Part shown: in pieces, positions 53,093 through 64,000 of the stretch | Layout of the letters: each line of letters begins with the position of its first letter | How positions within the stretch are numbered: position 1 is the first letter of the stretch | Assembly (NCBI GenBank): GCA_051362555.1 | Contig: CM120647.1 | Span: forward strand, 682,001 to 746,000 | Length of the DNA stretch: 64,000 bases | Origin: Lingula anatina | Taxonomy: Eukaryota > Animalia > Brachiopoda | Direction of reading: 5' to 3' | Translations under genes and position numbers: made by a program | The notes under the pieces: model-generated | What the model was told of the DNA's origin: nothing | Seen by the model: only the letters and a program-made list of their open reading frames with translations | The model's database searches: none

Positions 53093-53769
53093 ATGCGCTC
53101 TCTTGCCGTTTTGGTTCTTGTGACTTGTCTTATGTCCCTGGCGCCAGCTAAAGATGGTGAAGTGGACTGTTTGGTGTGCAAAAATGGGAAACTAAGTAAG
53201 GTTTTTCATGTTCTTGATTTTGTTGCCTAACGTTGAATATCTGTAAGTGAAAATAAAAAAAATTCCTACAGATGTAGCTATTCTACAAGTATCTGGTTTA
53301 TCAGGAGCGAAAATTTAAGCAAAAATTGAAACAATTTAAAATCCAATCATTGTCGGTTTCAAGTAACTTCGATGGCGTACTCTGGCGTGGATATTTAGCT
53401 CAGGTGATCTCATACAACTTATACAGAAATATTTACAATATATACAGAAATATTTCATACAGAAATATTTACAATTGTTTACAGAGGAAATACGAAGACC
53501 TCAGTGCGTTAACATCATAAGTCCATGTGACGAGACGATCTTCACTTGTCCCACAGGATACCAGTGCATGTAAGTGTATAGTCATTTATCACTGACTTAG
53601 TCAATTCCGTATTACTAATTGAGAAATTTATATGACTTTTTAGTTTAAACCATTATTATTGGCTTAGCCATTCATTAATGACTTCGTCAATCATTCCTTC
53701 GCCATATTTGTTTCCAGTGTTGGCTGCGACTGCACTGCGATCTGCACCAAAGACAATGAATGCTTCTAA
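53093..53769 (+). CDS. Three-exon gene (53093-53195, 53485-53569, 53718-53769) for a 79-aa secreted cysteine-rich peptide
   Basis: GT-AG introns with compatible phases give MRSLAVLVLVTCLMSLAPAKDGEVDCLVCKNGKLKEIRRPQCVNIISPCDETIFTCPTGYQCIVGCDCTAICTKDNECF*. Hydrophobic signal peptide, 10 Cys in the mature part, AATAAA at 53861-53866. Confidence 0.85.
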
Positions 53770-54039
53770 TGCAGCAAGAGGCACATGAATTGAAGGTCGA
53801 CGGACTCACTTTCCTACAGATACACAAATTTAATACGCTATCTTTATAAAGTGCTACATTAATAAAGTGACATTTAGCCTCTTTTACTGTGGCCTTGGAT
53901 TCTGCATAGATGATTCACCTCATTCAGGAGAAGATTCCGGCTTGATGTGGTTTCCAGTCATCAACTATTTATCACGTAACGGGAAATAAAGAATACCGTA
54001 AATTGTCGACAAAAGTTGTGTTATTTTATCTTCACCTCT

Positions 54040-54356
54040 CAGGCCCGCAGACGGGGGGGGGGTTCGAAAGAACCGCCCCTTAAAGGAGCGGATTTAGACC
54101 GTCTTCTGGGTCTTTCGGAAGACGGTCAGATTTTCAAGTCTTCATTGACGGGTATCCACATATTTTTGTCGGAAGACGGTCAAAAATGGAGGGTATATCA
54201 ACAGAGATAATTTGGAAGACTGTCAGAAAATATCTCTGGATCCGCCTCTGCCTTTTGCTGGGAAAAGGTCCGCTCTGGGGAAAATTTGATCTAGGTACAT
54301 AAAGGTTTTATAGTGAGGTCCACTTTTTCCAGAAAAAAATGCTGGCTACGGGCCTG
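54040..54356. mobile_element. CAGGCCCG..CGGGCCTG MITE containing a nested CAGGGGCGGAT-family MITE (54083-54250)
   Basis: Outer element is related to 20049-20214 and the inner to 42786-42952. Inner TSD CCTTA/CCTTT; outer TSD not evident. Confidence 0.75.
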
Positions 54357-55545
54357 CAGGCTTTTGACATTTATGTAGTCTTCATTCTTGCTTTGTCAAA
54401 CCGTCTTCTTCAACATAATCAATTTTAAAATTATTTATGTGTTTACTATTTTAATTTAAGCTTTACCCAATCGAATAGAAAGCTCAAATACCAGCACGTC
54501 AAACTTGGCTTACAAATGCCATGGTCAACTACCTGTTTTATTCAAATGTCACTGAAGAAATAATGAAATTGCAATTGCATTTGATATATGACATTGCACT
54601 CGTGCTGTACGCATTACCTTGACTTTAGTTCAATTAGGTGTAGGGTCGAATTTAAAGCTCTAAAGGAAAACGTACAATTTAATTGCTCAATTAAGTATTA
54701 TTATTTTAATAACGGATGAAAAAACATGCCATAAGTTTTAATTATAAATTATTAAAACTTATGACACATTTTTTTCAACCGTAAACCTGCAGCATTATCA
54801 TGGATGGCATTGCAGTTGCGGTGATCGAAGTAACGGTTGATTTATTTCACGTTAGTTTAATTCATATCAGTGTTGAGACACATTATGGTACGAATAAAAC
54901 CGTGAATACGCTATTTCTTTTCATCACTGAAAGAAGAAGTAATATCGTGGTACTGGCATTGGTTTTTAAAAGTGATTTAGGTTAATAAACCAATTGCAGT
55001 ACCGCTGGGCACAACTTACAAATAAATACAAATAAAGCCAGAATTGTAAAATTTATTCAAAATCTGTATTCTCTAGATATGATGGAATACAAATCTATAG
55101 GGGTGTTTCATATAATAATGTTTGTATTGATTACAGTACTATAAAAAGAGATATTTATATATTAAGAAATAAATTGTAAATACTGTTGTTATTGATTCTA
55201 TATGCTAAGTACAGTATAAAGCAAAGGGATACCTTATGCATCTTATGGCAATGCAGGAATTAAAATACTGGAGCAAGACCTCAAATATATATGTGTGCAA
55301 GAATAATAAAAGTATAAATGAAAAGAAATGTATCTTATTACAATGTTTGTATAAATCATTATAGGAAAATATGAATTCAAATATTAAGAAATATTTTGTA
55401 AAAACTGTTGATATTAATCCCATTCGCGAAGTATGGTATAAGGCAAAAGGACTATATGCCATCACAATGTAACAAAATGAAATTAGTAGATAAGTGAATC
55501 TACATTATATATAAAAAAACTATTAGTAATTGCACCACAATTTAA

Positions 55546-55765
55546 TTACCTCCGCCAAGGAGGTTATGTTTTCACCCCTGTTTGTCTGTCTGTTTGTTTG
55601 TCATCAACATAACTCAAAAAGATATAGACCGATTTTAATGAAATTTTCAGGAACTGTCAGAAGTGGGTCAAGGAACAAACAATTAGTTTTTGGGGGTGAT
55701 CCGGATCAATATTCAATCAATAATCAATAATAATAATAATAATATCTCGCAGTGCTTTTCTAGTT
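55546..55765 (+). mobile_element. Short HINE/DINE-like element, family B
   Basis: ttacctccgccaaggaggttat head, gtct/gttt microsatellite and tgcttttctagtt end. Confidence 0.75.
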
Positions 55766-56029
55766 AGATGGATTATGCACTTAAAACAGCAAAACTGCTT
55801 TCTGGAGAGAACATTGCAAAAAATACATATGAACTAAAATCAATTATTTGTTCCAATGTCTCTAATTATGCTAATCTTTAAATTTCACAGCCCCCCATTT
55901 TCGTCATATAAACCTCAAATTAAATCTACACGGCTAACTGTTCAATTTATGAACAGGAGCAAAAAGAAAAAGGACCCTGTTGATCTGAATCAATAAGAAC
56001 ATTTATACAGTGTTGGGGTCTGGGCCATA

Positions 56030-56675
56030 AAACTGATACACAAACACTAAATAACTTTGAAAACCTAAGAGATGCTATCAACAATAAAATTGAGGAACTA
56101 TTTTGGAAAGACCTGGAAAGTGATAACTACAGTAAACTCAGGACATACAGATTACTTAAAAAAAACTACACCCCTGAAAAATATCTGTCAATGAAAGTCA
56201 CCCCATCAGAAATGAAGACTATTGCAAAAATGCGGATTAGTGACCACGAATTAGAAATTGAACGTGGCCGCTATACGTCCCCTAAAACCCCTACTGAAAA
56301 TCGCAAGTGCCCCCACTGTAATGAAATTGAAATGGAGATCCACTTTTTACTGAAATGTGAAGAACATAGTGACAGAAGAATTAGATTAATGATACCTCCT
56401 GAGCAGAAAACAGATCATGAAAAAATTCAGTGGCTGCTCAGTCCAAAAAGTGAATCGTGTTTGAGATCATTATATCTTTATATAACTGAAAGTTTGAAAA
56501 AACGACACACCCATCAATAGCAATAGTCGTTTTATTCTGTGCTGCTTCCCAGTAATCATTCCATTAGTATTGTATAGATTTGTATAATTTGTTGCTAAGT
56601 TGTTATGACTAGTGTAGAGAGCCTGTAAAATGTAATATGTATGCATTTTAGTGCTCAATAAAGATTATTATTATA
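56030..56675 (+). mobile_element. 3' fragment of a LINE (RTEX or CR1/L2-group ORF2 C-terminus) with 3' UTR and (ATT)n tail
   Basis: SKLRTY..YLS..RISDHELEIERGRY..RKCPHC..EIHFLLKC, then caataaagattattattat. Confidence 0.8.
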
Positions 56676-57575
56676 ATTTGACCAAAATGAATTTTCCTGG
56701 GGGTAAGCAACAATTTTTCCATTCTTACCAAAGTTTAACAAATCCATTTCTACATTCAAATTTAGTCCCTGTTTTTTTTCTAGAAAGTTTGCTTTTTTGT
56801 TATAATCTCTTAAGAGATTTTTACTGACTATAGCCATCTAAAGAGGTCACATGGTTGGATGACAAGCACATAATTTAGTATAAATGCTTTAATTGCCATT
56901 TTTGGCAGGAAATGTAGATTTCATATGAAGAGTTGTTATACCTTTAAATTTTAACAAAAATAAACTTTGACAGTTATGTGGAGAATGATTGATTTGATGG
57001 ATAGTAATGAAAACAGCACAGACAGATACTGTTCAGAGTATATCCACTTCCTTTGTCTATATAAAAAGGGGTTAAGGTCCCAGTGACTTTCATTATATAT
57101 GTTGCAGATTGAAATCCAGTCAGATTTCAAATCAGCTTTAGCCAAATTAAAATCCATTCAGACTTTATTTTTGCCCAGACAGGACTGAAATTTCAATCGA
57201 AATCTGAACTTGGCAAGGTTAAAATTTGACTTGGAAAGTTTGAAATTTCAATATAACAGAATTAAATATTAAGTGAATATCATTGTAAAATTACATAATG
57301 TTATGTGGTTTGCTGATTCAATTTTGATTGGTTTCATTATTATGACAAGTAAATAAGTGCAGATGCAAACCTGAACAGGTCTGCCCGGGATAGGTCTGCC
57401 CAGACAAGAAGTGAATCCCACTCACCATGTCTTAGGTGAGCCAGGATTTACCTATTATCTCTAGTGTCTATACATCTGATAACCAATCACCAAATATCCT
57501 GAGCCCAGATCAGGACTAGGGTAGTAATAAATCATTTCCACCTGCTACCCACTAGCATTATTACTAATCAAACTG

Positions 57576-57826
57576 TTAAGACTTTTCACAAACAACTGGT
57601 CCCATGTCGCCTCCTTCTTCAACCTTGTATTTATCACAGTATTGTATGACTGCTGCCAGCTGTTCCTCGCGCAGACGCAGCCCGAGAACCTGGTAATGGC
57701 GGTTTCCCATGAAGTTGCGCACATAGGCTGGTTTGGGGGTGGGCAGGCCTTGGCACATGTCCACAAAAATATCCAGTGCTGCAGTGATGCCATCGATGTC
57801 ATGCTGCACGAGCTGAGGTACAACAT
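57576..57826 (-). CDS. Probable last coding exon of an unidentified gene
   Basis: Acceptor cttctattccag|, phase 1, GC-rich open frame DVVPQLVQHDIDGITAALDIFVDMCQGLPTPKPAYVRNFMGNRHYQVLGLRLREEQLAAVIQYCDKYKVEEGGDMGPVVCEKS*. Confidence 0.65.
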
Positions 57827-58313
57827 CTGGAATAGAAGTGTTCTTCGTTGTAAACAACATCCACTAGTACAACATCTGGAATAGAAATGTTCTTCATTGT
57901 AACCAACACCCACTAGTACAACATCTGGAATAGAAGTGTTCTTCATTGTAACCAACATCCACTAGTACAACATCTGGAATAGAAGTGTTCTTCATTGTAA
58001 ACAACATCCACTAGTACAACATCTGGAATAGAAGTGTTCTTCATTGTAAACAACATCCACTAGTACAACATCTGGAATAGAAGTGTTCTTCGTTGTAAAC
58101 AACATCCACTAGTACAACATCTGGAATAGAAGTGTTCTTCATTGTAACCAACATCCACTAGTACAACATCTGGAATAGAAGTGTTCTTCATTGTAAACAA
58201 CATCCACTAGTACAACATCTGGAATAGAAGTGTTCTTCATTGTAAACAACATCCACTAGTACAACATCTGGAATAGAAGTGTTCTTCGTTGTAAACAACA
58301 TCCACTAGTACAA
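57818..58313. repeat. Minisatellite, 10 copies of 49 bp
   Basis: gtacaacatctggaatagaagtgttcttc(a/g)ttgtaa(a/c)caacatccacta starting at 57818, 57867 .. 58259. Confidence 0.95.
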
Positions 58314-58943
58314 TTACTGTTACGTATACTTCTACCACTAGATCATGTAGAAAGATTCTTATCTCACATGATTGGCAAGCTGTACATGTAAATGAGAAGA
58401 TCTGTACTAGTACTAACTTAAAGCAACAGTAACTCTTCCTTTGAGATTCTAAATTCTGCAAGAAATACATTGTAAACAACGCATGGAAATATATATTCTA
58501 TTGTATTTTACCACTAAAACGGCCTTTATTGTAGTAAAACAAAAATCTGTGCTTGTCAGAAGGGCTTTCGATGCCTTTCTTCGATCCCGGTCGTCAAGGC
58601 ATCCGTTGCTAATGACGTAAGGGTGTCACGCGGATTCTCGCGTTCATTCGAGACCAAAATAACATGGCACAAAACGCGTTGATGCAGATGCAGACGCAAG
58701 TTGCGAGTTTTTGTACAGTGCGTCGGATAACGAAAAGCCCACAATGGCACACCTTGTGGATATAAATGCATTTTAACAAAAAGACGAATATATCTCATGA
58801 ATCTTATATTATTGTTATATAGTGTTGTTGTTGTCTGCTTTTCCCGCGGTTTTAAGTAGGTCACCAGTGACTATGCAATGTCAGAGAGGGCCCCGTCAGT
58901 TAAAATCTCATAAGAGATTTTAACAAAAAACCTTATGTTTAGG

Positions 58944-59433
58944 AAACAAGGCAGCAAAGCTGTCAAATGTACAGACAAAAACCAGAAAATAAAAACGCAG
59001 GAAATAGGATACTGTCAATTCTGATGAACTAATGTATTATGCTTACTGTAACTGCATAGCCAACATCAAATTCTTATTCTGCATAACATTGGATTAGGAT
59101 GAAAGTAAAATGTGTATCAAGCATTAGACTAAGTTCCCATACCTAGATCAATCTAACAGGATCAATCCAACTCCAAGGGGTTTCTCACTAAATTGCTTTC
59201 AGTTTGAGAGTCTTAGGATTCTGGCATGCCAGTTTCAGTAGGCTTGACAGACAACTAAGCCACTTATATTGATTACAATTTAGCGAGAATTCCCATGGAG
59301 ATAGATCGATCAACAGTTAGCATGATAGAGTCTGGAAATAGTTCCTAATGTGTCAGGCTGATAAGAGTTAAACTTTGGAAATGCCAGAATGAGGTACAGT
59401 GAAAATTACACACAAAAAAAATTGCTTAAACTC

Positions 59434-59517
<84 letters not shown>

Positions 59518-62500
59518 CTATATATTATTAATTTCTTTTTTTGGGCTGTATGTCAATCCTAAGAATCATTCTTGTAACTTAACAAAATACAGACAATGTT
59601 ACAAAGTAAGTGTACAGGGCTCCTGGCAGATGGGAGTGATAAGTCACAACTTGAAAATGCCAGTATAGCACTCTATAAACCTGCATTGCCTCCAAAACAG
59701 AAAACAATCACACTGGTTTTCAAACACAAGCTGCGCACTTCTGCCTTATGAAACTTTTCACTAAGTTTCAGTATCGTAAGTAACATGGTTTTCCCTTAAT
59801 CGATATCCTGGCAGCAGTGTCCAAAATAGGGTTTTCTTCAACTTTCATGCAATAAAACATAATACTTAACAGCATAATGACCATCAAATTTTATATAAAA
59901 AAATAAAAGTATCATGAATATTCAGAAAATGTGATTTGGGAAGGTCTTCAAGGCCATGGAAGTTCAGAGTCACACTTTCAAAATGCCAAAATGTAAACAA
60001 GAGATAACTGTACTGAAATGATTTTCTTTCCATTTTCAACACCTTTTTTAAAACAAAATGATCAATAAACTGTCATTTTTAAATGTTCAACTAGGAAAAT
60101 TGTTGACATAGGAAAAATAGCAATAGAACAATTTTCAATGTCCAATTTGCTCCATTTGCAGATGCTGAACATAGTGAATGATTAAATCTGACAAACTGCA
60201 ATGATGTGTTCCTTTCCATTTATGATACTTTATTACACAATACACAATATCATAACAGGTTTACCATCATTTTTATATAATCAACAAACAATATTGTTAA
60301 GAAGCAGAAAATGTCAAAACAACACTTTTACATATCTTATTAGTTCCATAATGAGACTGTTAACATGCCTAAGAATTAAATCTGAAGAAATAACAATTAT
60401 ATACAAAAATACAGAAAATGCACAGCACTTCTGGTGGATGGGAGTATAAAATCACATCTTGAAGATGCTTGTGTTTGAAAAATAATTTTAAAAAATTTTA
60501 AATAAAACGTAAAAAAATTCCAATAAAGCTGCTATTCAAACTTTTAATCTAGCCGTATTAACCTGATATTAATAACCCCACCAAGTTTGAGAAAAATAAA
60601 GCACTGTTATTCATCTATAGCATGTTGGCAGAACACATTCTTTTTGTTGTAAATTTATTTGCAATGTTAAACACCACTTATCTGCACAATTATCACAAAA
60701 TCCTAATTTTGTGACACAGTTAAGAGAGCTAAACCTATGGGACTTTACAGGGAAATCTCAAGGAGTGTTTTATGTAATCTCATTTAATGGCCAATTGAAA
60801 ATTAATGAGTAGGCAAGTGACTTTATAGACCTTAATTTAATTAGTGATCACCCAAGGGACAATTTTATAGACTGTCATCCATACAGTACCATCATATAGC
60901 ACAAAGGTGTTGCATACATGCTGAAAAAAGTGAAAAAACAGCATTACTTCCCTAAAAATGACCCGATGATGTTGATTTTCAAATTTGACCTGCGTATTAT
61001 GAATATTCATTAGTTCTGCAAGTTTCAAACCAAAAGGTAAAATGGTTTTCCACTTATCATGTTATCAGTGTTGCATATATATATGCTGAAAAAAGTGAAA
61101 AACAGCATAACTTCCCTAAAAATGACCCGATCATGCTGATTTTCAAACTTGACCTGCGTATTATGAATATTCATCAGTTTTGTAAGTTTCAAGGGAAAAG
61201 TTAAAATGGTTTTCCACTTATCGTGTTATCGGTGCTGCATATATGCTGAAACAAGACAGCACTGTTCTGCAATGGGTTTACTTCCATTTTTAAAACACTT
61301 TTTTAACATAAAACAAAATAAACAGTTTTCTACCATTTGTATATGATCAACTAAGAAAATTGATGAGATGGAAAAAATATCAATAGAACAGTGTTAAATG
61401 TTCAATTTCCTCCATTCTGAGATAATGAATATAGTAGATGATTGAATCTGACAAACTGCAATGATATTTGTTTATTTCCGTTTTTGACACTTTATAACAT
61501 AATACACAATAACAAGTTTACCATCATTTTTACATAATCAACTAACAATGTTATTAAGATGCAGGAAATGTCAAACAAACACTTTTACGAATCTTATTAG
61601 TTCAATAATGAGACTGTTAATATGCCTAACAATTTAATCTGAGGAAATGTGAAAAAACAGCATAACTTCTAAAAGAATGGCCCGATTATGCTGATTTTGG
61701 AACTCAACCTGCGTTTTAGTTAGTTTGACTACTCCTGTGAGTATAATGACAATTGGCCAATCTGTTTTTCTTATATTGTGTTATTAGCATTGCATATATG
61801 TTGAAAGAAGCGAAAAAACAGCATAACATCCCTAAAAATGGCCCGATCATGCTGATTTTCAAACTTGACCTGCGTATTTTGAATATTCATCAGTTTTGTA
61901 AGTTTCAAGCCAAAAGGTAAAATGATTTTCCATTTATGGTGTTATCGGTGCTGCATATATGCTGAAAAAAGAGAAAAAATAGCCTAAATTCACTAAAAAT
62001 GACCCAATCACGCTGATTTTCGAACTTGACCTGCGTATTATGAATATTCATCAGTTCTGTAAGTTTCAAGCCAAAAGGTAAAATGGTTTTCCACTTATCG
62101 TGTTATCGGTGCTGCATATATGCTGAAAAAAGTGAAACAAGGCAGCAAAGCTGTCAAATGTACAGACAAAAAAAACAGAAAATAAAGATGCAAATAAGTG
62201 AAAAATTAAATTTTCACAAAAAACTGTTAAATTGCCAGAAAATTTTACCAAACAGACTGCGTTGCCTATTGAAGCTGTATGTTAGACCCATGTTTCTTTC
62301 CTGTAAGTTTGAGAACAGTAAGTGACATGATTTCCCTTACATGGTCATCATAGGAGCAGTGCACAAAATAGGGGTTTCTTCAAATTTTGATGCAACATTA
62401 CATAATGTTTAACAGCATAATGACAATCAAATGTTATTAATAAAATATTAGTAACATGGACATTCAGAAAATGTGACAAGCAAAAGTCTTCAAGATCATG

Positions 62501-64000
62501 CAACTTTAAAGTCACACCTTGTAAATGCCAATATGTGAAAAATTAAATTTTCACAAAAAACTGTTTAACTGCCAAAAAAAAAAAAAAAAAAAACCAAACA
62601 GACTGCATTGCCTACTGAAGCTGTATTTTAGTCCCATGTTTCTTTCCTGTAAGTTTGAGAACAGTAAGTGACATGATTTTCCTTAAATGGTCAGCATGGA
62701 AGCAGTGCCCAAAATAGGGGTTTCTTAAAATTTTGATGCAATATTACATAATGTTTAACAGCTTAATGACCATCAATTTTTAATTATAAAATATTTGTAT
62801 CACAGATATTCAGAAAATGTGACTAGCAAAGGTCTTCAGGCCCATGGAACTTCAAAGTCACACCTTGAAAATGTAAACAAGACAGCACTGTTCTGAAATG
62901 GGTTTATTTCCATTTTAACACTTTTTAAACATAAAACAAAATAAACATTTTACTGCCATTTTTATATGACCAACTAAGAAAATTGATGAGATGGGAAAAG
63001 TATCAATAGAACATAGAACAGTGTTAAATGTCCAATTTCCTCCATTCTGAGATTCTGAACATAGTGGATGATTGAATCTGAAAAACTGCAATGATATGAG
63101 TTTATTTCCATTTTTGACACTTTATTACACAATACATGATGACAAGTTTACCATGTTTTTTACATAATCAACTAACAATGCTGTAAAGATGCAGGAAATA
63201 TCAAACAAACACTTTTAGGCATCTTATTAGTTAAATAATGAGACTGTTAACATGCCTAATATTTGAATCTGAGGAAATGTGAAAAAACAGTATAACTTCT
63301 AAAATAATGGCCCGATTATGCTGATTTTCGAATTCAACCTGCGTTTTAGTAAGATTGACCACTCCTGTGAGTATAATTACAATTGGCCAATCCGTTTTTC
63401 TTATATTGTGTTATCAGTGTTGCATTTATATTGAAAATAGTGAAAAAAACAGCATAAATTCCCTAAAAAAGGCCCAATCATGCTGATTTTCGAATTTGAC
63501 CTGCGTATTATGAATATTCATCAGTTCTGTAAGTTTCAAGTCAAAAGGTAAAATGCTTTTCCACTTATCGTGTTATCGGTGCTGCATATATGCTGAAAAA
63601 AGTGAAAAAACAGCATAAATTCCCTAAAAATGGCCCAATCATGCTGATTTTTTAACTTGACCTGCATATTATGAATATTCATCAGTTCTGTAAGTTACAA
63701 GTCAAAAGGTAAAATGGTTTTCCACTTATCGTGTTATCGGTGCTGCATATATGCTGAAAAGTGAAAAAACAGCATAAATTCCCTAAAAGTGACCCAATCA
63801 TGCTGATTTTCGAACTTGACCTGCGTATTATGAATATTCATCAGTTCTGTAAGTTTCAAGTCAAAATGTAAATGGTTTTCCACTTATCGTGTTATCGGTG
63901 CTGTATATATGCTGAAAAAAGTGAAAAAACAGCATAAATTCCCTAAAAGTGACCCGATCATGCTGATTTTCAAACTTGACCTGCATATTATGAATATTCA
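58944..64000 (-). mobile_element. HINE family A cluster on the minus strand, running off the window
   Basis: 3' ends aacaaggcagcaaagctgtcaaatgtacagaca at 58944 and 62135, with 161-bp units through 64000. Confidence 0.82.

Noticed and set aside
57818-58313. CRISPR-like array
   Set aside because: Units are contiguous with no unique spacers, there are no cas genes and the context is eukaryotic. It is a minisatellite.

Overview
AT-rich animal genomic DNA; the repeat landscape suggests a marine invertebrate, possibly a mollusc (inference). There are no prokaryotic features. Host genes: three phase-1/phase-1 fibronectin type III exons (1.4-11.1 kb, +); a complete 3-exon gene for a 79-aa secreted 10-cysteine peptide that the ORF track misses (53.1-53.8 kb, +); and the last coding exon of an unidentified minus-strand gene whose splice acceptor is repeated 10 times by a 49-bp minisatellite (57.6-58.3 kb). 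Most of the rest is nested transposable elements: many Helentron-type non-autonomous (HINE/DINE-like) elements carrying 161-bp tandem arrays, and a young full-length Gypsy element (26136-35537, -, TSD CACG, tRNA-Ser primed) broken by an IS3EU-like MITE and by a fossil tRNA-Ser/LTR reverse-transcription product in gag. Also present: a degenerate Gypsy associated with an F-type env gene, a Lys-primed Gypsy remnant, a 5'-truncated RTE LINE with a complex templated 5' junction, two Tc1 remnants and many MITEs. All calls come from reading the sequence by eye; no searches were run.
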